Source: Nemertoderma westbladi
Lineage: Eukaryota; Animalia; Xenacoelomorpha
Assembly: GCA_032718475.1 (NCBI GenBank)
Contig: JAUCBJ010004291.1
Location: 1 to 64,000, forward strand
DNA: 64,000 nucleotides
Reading direction: 5' to 3'
The stretch's first letter is position 1. Each line of letters opens with the position of its first letter. A program made the position numbers and the translations under genes. The notes below the pieces were generated by a model. The model saw only the letters and a list, made by a program, of their open reading frames with translations, searched no databases and was not told the origin of the DNA. Shown piece after piece: positions 35,201-47,092 of this stretch.

Positions 35201-36729
35201 ATAGTCCGAGTCAGGTGAGTGATTCCGAACTACATGTCCAATTCAGTGATGTGAACGACACTGATCAATCTGAGATGGAAGGATTCTATACGGACGAATT
35301 CTCCGACCAAAACGAATCCTGTTACTTAATAAACACCACCGCAGTGTATCGAGCACTCATGTATGAGAAAGACACAGACAGCGACCTCACCCTAACTACT
35401 TCAGATCAACAACAATCTTGGAAAGCGCCAACTTCAAATGTAGGAATCCGAGAATTTCCTGTAGTCCAGTTACGGGTCCACAGACCTCAGAAGAGCTATA
35501 TAGTGAACGCCCTCCTGGACTCCGGTAGCACAGGAACATTCATCGATAAAGAACTAGCCGAAGTCATCTTTGCTGGACAACCCAAGTTCCGAACCAAGCT
35601 AAACATGTCAGGGATCATGCAGGTTTGGAATTCTACTGTAGCTGCCGACTATTATATAGGTGAGTTGTCCACTCCACAGGATAAACTAGGAGAATACAGT
35701 ATAAGGTCAGTAAAAATGGTGGCAATAAAGAACTTCGCTACCACCCAAGTTGAACCTTATAATTGGGACGAAGATGATCATGTCCAACAACTTAACATCC
35801 CTAGATTCGACACCGATTATCCTGGAGTACAAATATTAATCAGTCAAAACGCGCATGAGGCGCTGGAGACATTAGAGAAACGACCTACTCAACCGCAACC
35901 ACTTCAGACCTATGCGGTAAGAACTAGAGTAGGTTGGTACCTTACTGGACCTTCCCGTAGAACGCTCAGGGAAAGACTGCTTCAAGATCGCGTCTGCCAG
36001 GTGAGTGAATGGGAAGACGATACTAGTGAGGGAGACGACCCAACTGAGGGAACACCACACTCCTCAGATAATGACAATCTTAACTCCAATGTAGATCAAT
36101 GGAGATATTGCCCCAAGACGATGAATATAGCCGACATCGCTTCCAGAGGAGCAACTCCTCAAGAACTGACAGATACTCCAGACCGGCTAGGTGAACCCGA
36201 CTTCCTGAGTAAGGAGGATGAATGGCCTCCCCATCTTACTCCGACTGAGATTAGACCAGCCAAGGGAGCGGAGAAAGTCAAACCTAAAACCCGGATGGGT
36301 GGATCGGAGTTATTTGAACCCGGGATAGATGTGTCGGTATTACATATTGCCAGGGACGACGCCGTGGATCTGGACCTCCCCACCGCGAGTGGATCCTTCA
36401 TGAAGATCAGAGAGAGCGATTGGAGCTCTCGAACATCAGACGTCTCGCAGGGACTCTCACCTCTCCTGCAGGGAGCGACGGACCGCTATAGCTCCTGGAA
36501 TCGGCTTTGTAAGGCCGTCGTGTACCTAGAGCGATGTTTCTATCGTCACTATTCCAGGACGAAGAGGAAACCTGGAATTGTATTCGGGATGCAGCGACTC
36601 AATCACCCAGTCGGTCGTTTGTGTTTACCGGAAGGGAATGGAGGACTCTCCGGAAACTGTGGAAGGCAAGATTCTCTTCCCACGACCACCTCCCTAATCC
36701 TTCAAACATCTAGGGACTCCATAACGTAA
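32260..36729 (+). CDS. BEL/Pao Gag-protease polyprotein with in-frame loss of RT, most RNase H and integrase (1489 aa)
   Basis: Motifs in order: FNGDEMKWLPF...LSNGEKLRFL (BEL Gag), three Cys/His knuckles (CVLCDGPHRLNAC, CYNCLRRGHQRRTC, CAKCGAKHHILLH), ALLDSGS protease, YAVRTRVGW. It then jumps to QWRYCPKTMNIADIASRG (end of RNase H), RYSSWNRL and HPVGRLCL (Pol C-terminus). No YxDD and no DDE core. Confidence 0.9.
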   Translation: MSDTKQTLSDSLLESARMSVRQGLKKIWDSAKSIERLRPKSKSPPTVSKVIPTVVITEPRLVQHRRSIIGTRAQVKRDQEAAEQQQPASQELISQRSDSSSSSDTVERTPERGAKMADTVYDERPTYEESTDATFSQEESEATAEKPHKRDAIDIYLSDYQRFLGDDELRRRLDGLSPNSEGTQRVLDAIDVEMRAANQAKFDEQLRITREQEEQVRKKRIEDRKIAAVAEAERKATLAEAAAEAKAAAAEAEAKAKAAAAEAEAKAKAAAAEAKAAAAEAKAAAVAEAERRAAEEIAQLELENLQEKQDDFSKQLTASNMQMMNRSTPKRQGYTSSEEGDTTDTEGKGNRSRLSRRKRTLHRQKLPDLPPAVRRQLNNTNLGSTEPTDQIIKIERLPTIVDEPEIIRPVFEITPSVIDTPVLPEATSKFPLHSTKLPVPSRTAQETVQVLDPERNIPNLSPVVPRPPATTLATPASAVEWVDERRRGMDLLLGQMQETVQQFKGTIRESRLELQEVQQSIALERDKLVNTQKGIPPPPVTMCQPVRSEVSHAQGVEPTRIYTASEVETPIVNPIKGNYRSVDNDIPYRPDHNPRNLYTDNSILNNTMAQESFTRQMARTEARQAVKMGEIVKFNGDEMKWLPFNEYYKDNIQNSVLSNGEKLRFLIECLEGSPKLMALRFIGHPDGLRQVWDTLNIRYGNRNNIAGYLYAKLVAPRKFISSGIIEFSDEIQEICRQLDWLGKSHEYQSAMVIRAVASTLPKGGVGTRWDKKVLYMMEQQRRDPTMADLMSFLDGEVKLQLLRQSREKTLENKVSEKPVSRRRVTPVCYTDDGESQTSQGEDSGKDTERSYVNKTPKDQVSKFKSRTNDRREKVRKTPPTSPKRIQVRKPEERTNVHHTAHVKVSNIKPKCVLCDGPHRLNACDKFLKKSLKERREVMWDKRLCYNCLRRGHQRRTCYSDARCAKCGAKHHILLHTEFERNSPSQVSDSELHVQFSDVNDTDQSEMEGFYTDEFSDQNESCYLINTTAVYRALMYEKDTDSDLTLTTSDQQQSWKAPTSNVGIREFPVVQLRVHRPQKSYIVNALLDSGSTGTFIDKELAEVIFAGQPKFRTKLNMSGIMQVWNSTVAADYYIGELSTPQDKLGEYSIRSVKMVAIKNFATTQVEPYNWDEDDHVQQLNIPRFDTDYPGVQILISQNAHEALETLEKRPTQPQPLQTYAVRTRVGWYLTGPSRRTLRERLLQDRVCQVSEWEDDTSEGDDPTEGTPHSSDNDNLNSNVDQWRYCPKTMNIADIASRGATPQELTDTPDRLGEPDFLSKEDEWPPHLTPTEIRPAKGAEKVKPKTRMGGSELFEPGIDVSVLHIARDDAVDLDLPTASGSFMKIRESDWSSRTSDVSQGLSPLLQGATDRYSSWNRLCKAVVYLERCFYRHYSRTKRKPGIVFGMQRLNHPVGRLCLPEGNGGLSGNCGRQDSLPTTTSLILQTSRDSIT

Positions 36730-39700
36730 CAACATATGGAGTGGGTGTGTGACTCTATTATTTTGTATTTGTTTTATTTTTATGTTTATGTATGTATTAT
36801 TATGTAATTTTATTTTAATCGTTTTATTTAATTTTATTTAGTAGTATGGTATTTTAGAGATTATTTAGTAGATTAGTGCAATATATATTCGCGTTTATTA
36901 TTTAATTACGTATATTATATATTTAGTGCGATGGCGAGAAATAATTCTTTTTCTCTTTCCTTACTGTCCGTATTATATTATAAATACGTAACTACAGTAA
37001 GATGAAATGTCCGTACTTATTAAAGTACAATAAAGCCACTACTATATTTAAGTATTATTGGTAGGCAGAGTATTAGGAATGCAAAGTTCAGATCCTCGTG
37101 TCTCGGCTAAACCAAGCTCTGGGTAGACCTTGGAAACGACTTGCCTCTTCACACTGACATTGCTTCGTGCGATATTGCTCTCATACCGTATATTAAATAA
37201 TACATATAGTAGCGTGATGTCCCTTTAACAGTAGCGTATAACGCAAAATAAATCTGTTAAACCCTTTGACCATCTGTAATTCTAGTCGATTAAGATATCG
37301 CGGCACCCACCGATATACTTGAAAGACAAATTCTAGAATCAGTGGTTAACGTCCCCAGACAAGTTATGGAATAAATCGGTGCCCATCTCAAATATTAATT
37401 ATTTAATATTTGCAAATCTAATAAATCAAAATCTGTAAAATTCAGATCCTTCAACAATTCTAGTCAATTAAGATATCGTAGCATTTACCGATATTCTTAA
37501 AAAGACAATTGTCATAGAATTAAGGATCTTGTGTCCCCAGACATGTTCTAGAATCAAAATATGTCAATTTAATTATCAAATAATAAAATTTCAGGGAATA
37601 AATTTAAATTCATGCCTTTTAATGAATTTAATAAATTGCCATTTTTACGCAATTTATAACATTCCCAAAATTCCATTAATTAATAGATCAAGGGAGCGGA
37701 GATTTATCTTATTATGCGTATGAGTGTGCGAAAGTCTCCCAAACATAGTCAATAGCCGATAAAATTCATAAAGTCATGTATAAAACAGGACATTGACCAT
37801 TAAAGAATTACTATTAAATAACATCCCAGATCTGTATGCATTGGAATTACCCTAATTCTACCGCTAGCTTTGCATAATGTCACCATAGCAACAACCACGC
37901 TAGAATTAGAATTGAGTTAAAAGAACAATAGAAAGCTTGTCCCATTGAATAGCATAGGGAATAAATAGCGCACTGCTAGTATCCAAGGATACATAATAAT
38001 ACAGTGACATTCTGGAAGGCATTGACTAACGGACAAATGGCCCGAGTGTGTGTAATTTGTGACAAGTTGTGTGTGTGGTATTTGTGAGTTTATAGGCGAA
38101 TGTTACTACTAAGGTGTGTTTACAGTAGCTAGTCGCAATTGTGAAAGTAACCCTAACTCTCCAGTAAGAACCTGAGGTGTATCTAAGCCTTTGGGACGGA
38201 CAGTCGAGTGACTTGTGCCGGTTGTCGTTGTCGTTGTGCGGCTACGTCGTTGGCGAAAGTACAGCGGCGACGACACATCGGCGCTGAGGATCTCGCACTG
38301 TCCGGGGGCTGATTGGGGTAGGCAGCGACGCTCGCTAGCCTAAATATAAACTCGTTATAATATTAATAAACTCATATATAGCAGATATGACGGAGTTGAT
38401 AGAAGATGGTCTTGGTATCAGGGAGCGATATACTCTACTTTCAAGCGTTTGTTGATAGCTTGATACGCGGTGATACTAGTCCAACTACTACGAAGGATGA
38501 TGGTCGTTATATCGAACCTACGATTTCCTGGAAGTAACTTACGCGTGAATTGGACTATGGAAAATTCACCGCTCGCTACACGCATTGTAATGGTATGTAT
38601 ATGGACTTCTTAACCATTGGCCATTCTATCGATTTACACGATACGGACTATGTCGAACATATCCTACCCAGAGGAGTCGAAACGATAAACCAAAATTCTA
38701 ATGCGAAAATCCTATTCGAAATCGACTCGAAAGAAAAGACATTAAAGAAACAAATAAACGCGGAAACTCCAACATACATTTGGAATTCTTGATAGAAGCA
38801 TTGTAACAACAAATAAATATCACCCGCGTTTCTCCTTCAAGATGTGCGTCTTTGGTATTATTACGATAAATGCCCTAGACCCAGCCAATAAACGGAAAGA
38901 CATAAACATCCACGGAAACGTTGTGTTAAACACAGTTGTGTTCGTTATATTTACTGGAGTTTCGAGCGAAACTTGTTTGACGTATCACCTATGCTCACTC
39001 GGCTCGAACGATCCTGGAGTAAACCTACGATCAGAGTCCCGGAATACTCAGTCAAACCTCCTCATTCCTTAGTTGGACCTCAGACCTGCGATCCTGGTAG
39101 TGTCACGGATCCTCGCGGACTGTATTCACTGTTCAAAGATCTAGTGCTACCCTAACAATTAATCGGTAACACTCCGACAGTGATTTCTAGCTAGCCGCCC
39201 ATCTTACCTAGCCGGATTGTGACGCGGACACCTAATATCACTATCCAACCGTATGGTCGTCCCCGTTTAACGCGATACAACCCTTCATCAAGGTGAAGGA
39301 GAGCGTTGTACGAAACGAGTTAAACGTTATTCTATAAAGATCAAAAAAGAAATCTGCGTTTGTTCAGATAAACGTAAGTTATAACAGTAAGTCCAATCGA
39401 TAAACGAATTAGCCTTATCTCAGTTCGATTGGGAAATCTCGAATCTCTAAGAAGATATCAAGCTTAGAAAACCCTATTCTCTGCGAGAGTTTTGGACGAA
39501 CGTATCCCATGACAAGCGGAGGAAAATCAGCTCGAGGAGAAGCATATCGAACTGGATGAGACACCGACCGTAAACCCAAACCTTCTAATGCAATTGTATT
39601 GCACCCTTTACCCAGGAGTTGTAGCCTTCCTAGTAAAGTGGCTCGCCCCAAAGAGAAAAGGACTCTGGCTAGCCTCGGGAAACTGCGTAAACGCCGTCCG

Positions 39701-39793
39701 CGCAAAGAAAACTAACTGTTTAGAGTATCTTTATGTTTTAGAAACTGTGATTTTTATATTTTATAGACTGAAAATCCCATTTTCTGGGAGCGG

Positions 39794-41000
39794 TGTAAAA
39801 GCTTTTGCTGAATTGCCCGGTTATTTTTCCTTATTTTTCCCGTAAAATACTCTGTAGTTGGTTTAATAGGCGTAAGAGGCCGTATTATTGCTGTATCGGT
39901 GTTTTTAGAGGATCTAAGAGCTATTTCTTCCGTATGTGTACTGTGGAAGGCATAGTTGATGATTCTATGGCAATTCCGTGACGCAAAAGGGGATAGCTAC
40001 TCTTGAACAGTAGTTACTATGACGACGGTTAACAGCTGATATTCATACGTGTCGATTTTCTTTGTTCTACGGCATCTCTCAGTTCAGTCAACCAATCAGA
40101 GCGTTTTTACTGTTCTTGTACAGAAATTTCCTAGAAATCACGCAATGCTGTATGGGCTGTGTTATCATTCTGTCCTGAGCCAGGAAGAGCGGCTTTGGAA
40201 TATTTTGTGCTTTTCTGCTTTAGCCTAACACTAGTAGGCTTAATTATAAGGACATATATCCGTTATCTCAACTCACACTTAATATCACACTGGTTATCAC
40301 TGGTTAACTGGCCCATACTGTGCAACTTAACTTAACATTACTGCTTTGCTGTCGGTTATTCATTATATTTGTTGATGAATTATTATATTTGGAATAACGA
40401 GAAATAACCCCGAAACCCAATATTCTTGATATACCGAAGGTAAGAGAGAAAGGTTACATATAACGATTGTGACTTATGTTAAAGTGGTTTGAAGTGAATC
40501 TAATGTTATTTGATAGACCCTACATGATTCGGTCCGTGTTCCTTTTATATGTGACTAAAATCAGTGAAGATCGGCAGATCAGTGTGCAGTATTGTGCAGC
40601 ATTGTGTATGAGTGAGACTGATAACGAAGCATTTCCTAAAGAATGCGCCATATATGTGAATTGTAACTAAGCCATATCGTTGCGTGTAGTTTAAGTCATA
40701 ACTCTGTTTATAGATAGAGCGCCACGTCCTAAAGGAACTGTTAATATTCCCCGAAAGTGAATAATATTGTCAGAGATTATATAATACTGTCAGTCGAATA
40801 ATACATTAGGCTTACATAGCAATACGATTAAGCCGTCGAACCCAATCTCCCGGGTATATCCAGCGGGTGAATGATCGCGCATCGATTGGTTTCGACTAGT
40901 GTAGTGAATCAAATACTTGTCAGAGGCTAAAAGTGATTTATTATCTAGAAGACATCCTAATTTGGCGGGTTAAACTGCCAAAGGTCTGAAAGCGCGAACA
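39794..41000 (+). repeat. 3' LTR
   Basis: Near-identical direct repeat of 28741-29947, followed by the TSD ATAGC. Confidence 0.95.
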
Positions 41001-41845
41001 ATAGCCAAACCCGGATGGAAACACAATATGGCTAAATTTGGTATCAATCGATGTAGAATTTCTTGTAGAATAATATTATCATGTACCTCCAGTGCCTCAC
41101 CTAGATTAATTTTTTAAATCACTATGAACACAGGTTGGTCATCGCTCGATGATAAGTGGAATTGAGTTTTAAGCACTTTTTAAATGTAATTACGTCAGCT
41201 AGTTCACGGGGTTGTTTTAAAGGTACGAACTAAAATACTGAACCAGCTGAAACCACCTGAAACCAGCAGTAAACCACCTTGAAACCAGCTGTGAAAACCA
41301 ATCATATTCGTTTATAAGGGAACTTAAGCTCTCGGCTGGTAACCAGGGGTGTACCTTAGATCCTAGACACGAACTTAGATCCTGGGCTCTATCTAGTTGT
41401 GAGACTTGGGATCTTAGACACAGTCTTAGTTCCTTGGTGTGATATTACTGATCGACCTTAGATCCTAGATGCGAACTTAGATCCTGGGTGTGGCCTTAGA
41501 TCCTAAATGCAAATTTAGATCCTAAATGCGAATTTAGATCCTGGGTGCGATCTACTGGTGCGACCTTGATTGTTGGGTAAAATTTTCGCATTTTTGGTTT
41601 TCTATTTCATCTGATGTAGAATTTAATTGGGAGTTCAAATCTTGGAACGGTTTGGTGAGATCTTTTTTAGTTCTCGAGTTATCGGTGTCTTTCCATAAAA
41701 GTATCAGTTTATAGTGTATCAGTTTGTCCATAAAAATTTAGAAGACAGACAGACAGACAGACATATTAGATACAACCAAACATTAAAGAACATACAGCTG
41801 TACAGACAGATACTATTCCTGTATTCCAGAGATGCTAGACAGTAC

Positions 41846-41901
41846 GGGTAAATCTTTTCGACCTAAGCATAGGCCTACGCGTAGGTCGAAAAGATTTACC
41901 C
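41846..41901. mobile_element. 56-bp palindromic micro-element with 8-bp TSD
   Basis: GGGTAAATCTTTTCGACCTA...TAGGTCGAAAAGATTTACCC, flanked by GACAGTAC (41838-41845 and 41902-41909). Confidence 0.8.
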
Positions 41902-42105
41902 GACAGTACAGATGCTAAGACTGGTTAATGTCACTACTGCTGTACTGTAGGCCTACCGTAATTGTTGTACTGTTGTAATGTAGCCAAACTGCTGCAATGC
42001 CAATAATTGCAGTATCAAGTCCGCAAGCTTCACGTACAGAGTAGGCCCCCTACGTTAATCCCCACTTTGCCTTAACCGGCTCTGGTCTGATACCCGGAAA
42101 AATTC

Positions 42106-43453
42106 GGTATACAGACGTTTCGGCCTAGGACGTTTCGGTCCAGGACGCTTCGGCCCGGACATTTCGGCCCGGACAATTCGGCCCGGACGTTTCGGCCCAT
42201 GACTGTAACTGAATGAAAAGGCTAACTTTTTGATATGATAATAATTATTCATTAAAATTATAATTATTTCACAATAACATACAAACACTTAATAAAATAT
42301 CTTTCATGAAATGGCTATTTAATTTACCTTTATTTCAAAATAAAATAAACATTAGGGAAGTGGTGCTCTGGTTCCATAGACAATTCGCCATCAATTATGT
42401 CATGCGGCCGAAAAAATGCAAGTCAGAACAAATCTATTGGTCTCGAGTACCACATTACTAATCCTAATATACAGTACTACCAAAGTGAATCAATTTCACG
42501 AACGATGTAGGGCTTAAATCTCGTCTGATCGATATATTTTGGAGATACTTAATTAACTTTAAACATTAGGCCTACTCAATTGATAATTCTTGTAGCTGGA
42601 CAGTGTATTACTGGACAGAGTAGTATTATTATTGAAACAATAACTCTCATCTTCGATGATAGATGATTTCGATTTATACCCATAGATAACGACGTATAAT
42701 GCTTTTATTAATACGTATTTTATTTCACTTCACATCCACTCTGGTCCTTTTAATGTGCATAAATTTCATCTAAATTTAAATTTAATACGCATATATTTCA
42801 TCTAAATTTAAATTTAATACGCATATATTTCATCTAAATTTAAATTTAATACGCATATATTTCATCTAAATTTAAATTTAATACGCATATATTTTATCTC
42901 ATTCCATATGACATCCAGTCTGTCTCATAATTATTAGCAATGCTCCTTTAATGGAATATTTCTAATCTATTATATTTTTAAGACCAACATTAAAATACAG
43001 TAATAATTTTAATTCGGTGTATTTTAATGTACTTTATTTATTAACTCACATTTTAAAATACGTATGTTTTTTTATGGGGGAAACCCCATCATCATAATAC
43101 TAAAGTTAATTTGTCAGCATATGTTATCTTTGTTTTAAGTTACAGTATGGTGTAAATTTATATTAATAAATAATAATAATAATACATTAGTTATTATTAT
43201 AAATATAATGTAGAACTTCGATCTTGACGACTTTCAAACAGGTGTCGGAGCAGTTCCTACTGACAACTCCTCTTGTAACGAACGTAACAACTACAAAACA
43301 AATATATTGAATAACATATTTATTATTAATAGCTTATTTAAGGGAGTAAAGTGAATCTTTGGGCCAAAACGTCCGACAAGCAAATCTTGTATTTCATTCA
43401 TTGGGCCGAAACGTCCTAGGCCAAAACGTCTTAGACCGAAACGTCTGTTACCC
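42106..43453. mobile_element. Nested non-autonomous MULE-like element
   Basis: TIRs made of 14-15-bp GGACGTTTCGGCCC-type repeats; exact 9-bp TSD GAAAAATTC (42097-42105 and 43454-43462). Confidence 0.85.
42764..42895. repeat. 32-bp tandem repeat x4
   Basis: TTTCATCTAAATTTAAATTTAATACGCATATA units. Confidence 0.9.
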
Positions 43454-43622
43454 GAAAAATTCGTGACCCAGTTAATCAATAGGCCTAACTGAGATAGTGA
43501 GTACCAGTAGTATATATCTGTATATACCAGTATACTGGTACTGCAGTACTAATATAAGGTTCTATTAGGCCTACCATTGCAGTTCATTTTTCAGCTGTAG
43601 TTCCCGATTAAAACTGTAAAAA

Positions 43623-44950
43623 ATGGGCGATATGGCAGAGACAATTATTAACATGATATTGTGTAATCCGGAAGATATTGTTTTAAAAATCAAACCAACA
43701 GCAATGCGAGAGGATTTTAGTGGTCTACTGGATGAGTGACGATGACAATGGTGCCTATATTCAGAAGGGAAGGGCGAAGAAACTTTATTATGTACGTACA
43801 GCAAGAAGAATCTTATGGCAATATTGAGAAATTAGTAACATGTCGTAAAGGCAATAATAATACGTTCTATTACTCAAAACGGGAATTTGGGAAATTGGGA
43901 TCTTCTCCACAATATGATAAAATCTTTGTGGATATTTCCAATGTTTACAAACTGTCGAGAGAGTATCGCCGTTCAGTTTCAAATATACAGTTACAACATG
44001 TGATTTCGCAGTTGCGTTTGTTGTCAAAGACTGAGTGGCAACCATATTATGTTACTACATACACCTGGCTCATAGGGGATAATGAAGTTGAGAATGAAAA
44101 TGCAGACGGTCCCGATGAAAACCAAGAGGAATCCGTGAGATTTAAGTTTGCTCGGCATGGAAATGCCACTCGTCCAACTGCCCTGATTTATTATCGCATT
44201 GATGATGACATTATTAATATAGAAAAATCATTATTAGAATCTGGTAAATCGTGTGAAAGTGTTTATCAAGAGGTTAGTAATATAGATCATTCGAGTGTTT
44301 CTCATTGTTGGTGATAGTGTGTTGGTAATAGTATGAGTTTAGAGCCTCGCAATCCAAAACAAATTCAGAATTTATCATACTCTGTCGAAAAAATCCAAAG
44401 ATGGGCCTACCAGTACTGGTGAGTTGTCCGAAGTTGATGTTCTGGTTAACAGCATGAATTCATCTAAGTTTATTAGGCGCATTATTATTGAAGAAGGGCA
44501 TTATATGACTATTAATTACACTGATCATTCAATTAATGATTTAGTCCGATTCTGTGTTGATGGTGATTCAATTCTACAAGTGGATACTACATTTGATTTA
44601 TGTGAGGGTATGTATCTCACAGACACGTGCTATACTAATTATTCTCTGATTAATTATCATGAAAAGCATCCCCAATTTCCTGGTCCTTCTATGTGGCATT
44701 TCAGGAAGCACAGAGAGGTTTATAGATTTTTGCTGCACAACTTGTTGCCATTGAACCACAATTGGTTAAAGTCCAACATGTAGGACATGATTTAGATTTA
44801 GCAGAAGTCCATGGAATGTGTGATGTGTTTATTAATTGCACTAACAATTGGTGCACTCGTCATATTTTCTAAGTGGCTTGATAAACACAGAAAGGCATTA
44901 ATTAATGAATCTGGTGTTATAAGTGCTCGGAAGTCCCTTGATTGTATAAT
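43623..44950 (+). pseudogene. MULE-type DDE transposase pseudogene
   Basis: ILQVDTTFDL (first Asp), HPQFPGPSMWH, VGHDLD (second Asp) and WCTRH (CxxH motif); stops and frameshifts. Confidence 0.65.
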
Positions 44951-45593
44951 TTTCGATTTAGATTATACTGAATTTAAAAATTGTAGCTGTATATTATCTG
45001 TATATTTTTTAGTTTTAGTTTTATATTTAGTAGTTGAAATAAATAGTTATTGGTTATTAATAACTCTTATTCCTTAATTCATTTAATTCATCTAAGTTCA
45101 CATCTAGGATCTAATTTTGTGTTTAGGATCTAAGGTCGCACGCAGGATCTAAGTTCGTATCTATGGTCTCAGGATCTAAGTTCGCATGATCTAATTTTGC
45201 TTGTAGGATCTAAGGTAACACCCCTGGTTCCCAGCCGAGATCTAAGTTCCCCTAGAAACTAATATTATTGGTTTTCACAGCTGGTTTCAGGTGGTTTACT
45301 GCTGGTTTCAGCTGGTTTCAGCTGGTTCAATATTTTAGTTCGTACCTGTTTTAACATATATTTTTACATTAACAAATAAGTTGTGTATCAGTTGTGTTCA
45401 TCATGTGTTCATCATATAAGCCTTTTGCCATACGGTACTACACTGCATTAAAGTTTTCTGACACAAATTAAACCATTACATTTTTGAAAATACCACCACA
45501 TATTGTTTTGCATAATTGGACCAATTAAAATTCAAAATACTAACTTGTGCGTGTGCACACAACTTTGGTTGTAAACAACAAAAGGTTGTAAAC

Positions 45594-45695
45594 ACAAGAT
45601 ACTAAGTTGTGCTCATAAGATACTAAGTTGCGCTTACAAGATACTAAGTTGTGCTCAGAAGATACTAAGTTGTGCTCAGAAGATACTAAGTTGCT
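45594..45695. repeat. 21-bp tandem repeat x~5 (AAGATACTAAGTTGTGCTCAG)
   Basis: Seen directly; may be the subterminal repeat of another DNA transposon. Confidence 0.8.
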
Positions 45696-45766
45696 ATAAT
45701 ACTGTGTTACGTTTAGAGCAAAGCATACTGTGTTATGTTTAATCATTTAATATAATTCATGAAAAC

Positions 45767-47092
45767 TATGGTGGCCCAGAAGGGACAACTTCAAAAATAT
45801 TTCATTTCAAGAAAAAAAAAACGACAAAAACAAATTATCCATTAAATTCTTGTTTTTGTCGTTTTTTTATGACTTTCAATATTGTTTAGTTCGTATTTCA
45901 GTAGTTAGTGCACTAAATGTGTTATATAAATGTGCATTATATATATCTCTTTGAATGGTTTTAAATATTTCTTGATTGTTTCATGCTTTGTTAATAATTG
46001 TAATTGTGTTAACTTTTTTAATAAAAAAATAAATCATTTCAAATATGGGGGGTTATTATGGGGGGGGGGGGGGGGGGGGGGTAACAAATACAATGATATA
46101 TGATATATAATTACACCTTAATACATTAGTATTAAAACTTTAACAGTACAATAATTGGCCTTCTCAAATTTCGAATTCCTTTAACAAGAAACGCATTTGT
46201 GTGTAGAAATGGAAAGCATCCGTATTGTTACTTGGAGGCTTGGGAATGTCCCCATCGAAAATAATGGCCAACAATTCAATAAATTCGTTGGAACATCCTA
46301 CATGGTTCCAGGATTTACTGAATGTATCCACAAGTCCCCTAATATCTTGCTTTGTGATAGGTAAAGGTAAGGCGCAGTCTTGCTTATCATACTCCCCCGG
46401 CGCATTATACAATATATCTGGGATGCCACCGATAAAGTTTATCTTAGAATTCTTGGGCATCCTGTTTGTGTTCCAATCTTGAATAAAAGTATCTAATTGT
46501 GCTTGAATGAGTGTAAAGAAAGAGTATAGAGTAAAGAGTAGAGTTTGCCGTAAACGAGCATTAACACCAGCCGGATCAATGTGTTTAAGATGTATTCTAA
46601 CAGTTTCTCGGCGATGGTTTATAAAGTGCCGACTCCATAAGCGTCGATGAATCGTCCGATACCCACAATTAATTGCAGAAAATTCAACAAGTTCCGATTC
46701 TAACGCACGTAATACACGAGGAAGTGACTGCTCGTAACAACGGCTCCTAAGATTTAAATCAGCTCTACGTTGTCTAATTGTCCTATCGCTAATAGTTATT
46801 CCATGTTGCGATTTCAATAGCACCCTTGTATCTCTAACAGTAAAACGTAGGTAATAATACGCCGAAATTAAGAAATCCATTTCTGGATTTACCAAAACAA
46901 GCATGTAGGCCTAAAGTCTGTTTTAAATCTCCCTCTCAAAACCTTCCTTACTTAAAACAAAATTTCGTTTTTGTCGTTTTTTTTATTTGTAGTAAAATAA
47001 AAAAAACAAGAAATTCATGAATAATTTGTTTTTGTCGTTTTTTTTTACTCGAAATGAAATATTTTTTAAGTTGTCCCTTCTGGGCCACCATA
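45767..47092 (-). mobile_element. IS3EU-like DNA transposon, internally deleted
   Basis: TIRs TATGGTGGCCCAGAAGGGACAACTT... at both ends (~90 bp), flanking direct repeat TGAAAAC (45760-45766 and 47093-47099), and ORF 46164..46904. Confidence 0.8.
46164..46904 (-). CDS. Truncated IS3EU-type transposase lacking the DDE core
   Basis: HGITISDRTIRQR, GYRTIHRRL and RETVRIHLKHIDPAGVNAR are fused in frame to IQAQLDTFIQDWN...GIPDILY. The usual GPN..WHxDG core is absent. Confidence 0.7.
   Translation of the reverse strand: MLVLVNPEMDFLISAYYYLRFTVRDTRVLLKSQHGITISDRTIRQRRADLNLRSRCYEQSLPRVLRALESELVEFSAINCGYRTIHRRLWSRHFINHRRETVRIHLKHIDPAGVNARLRQTLLFTLYSFFTLIQAQLDTFIQDWNTNRMPKNSKINFIGGIPDILYNAPGEYDKQDCALPLPITKQDIRGLVDTFSKSWNHVGCSNEFIELLAIIFDGDIPKPPSNNTDAFHFYTQMRFLLKEFEI

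Larger units (their letters stand above)
28741..41000 (+). mobile_element. Young non-autonomous BEL/Pao-derived LTR retrotransposon (12,260 bp)
   Basis: Two 1207-bp LTRs (TGT...ACA), 5-bp TSD ATAGC (28736-28740 and 41001-41005), short purine tract GGGAGCGG before the 3' LTR, and a BEL-type Gag-protease ORF. Confidence 0.95.
41222..45346 (+). mobile_element. Mutator-like (MULE) DNA transposon with long TIRs and a degenerate transposase
   Basis: ~140-bp TIRs (GGTACGAACTAAAATA...), subterminal CTTAGATCCT repeats at both ends, and flanking near-duplication TGTTTTAAA/TGTTTTAAC. Confidence 0.8.
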
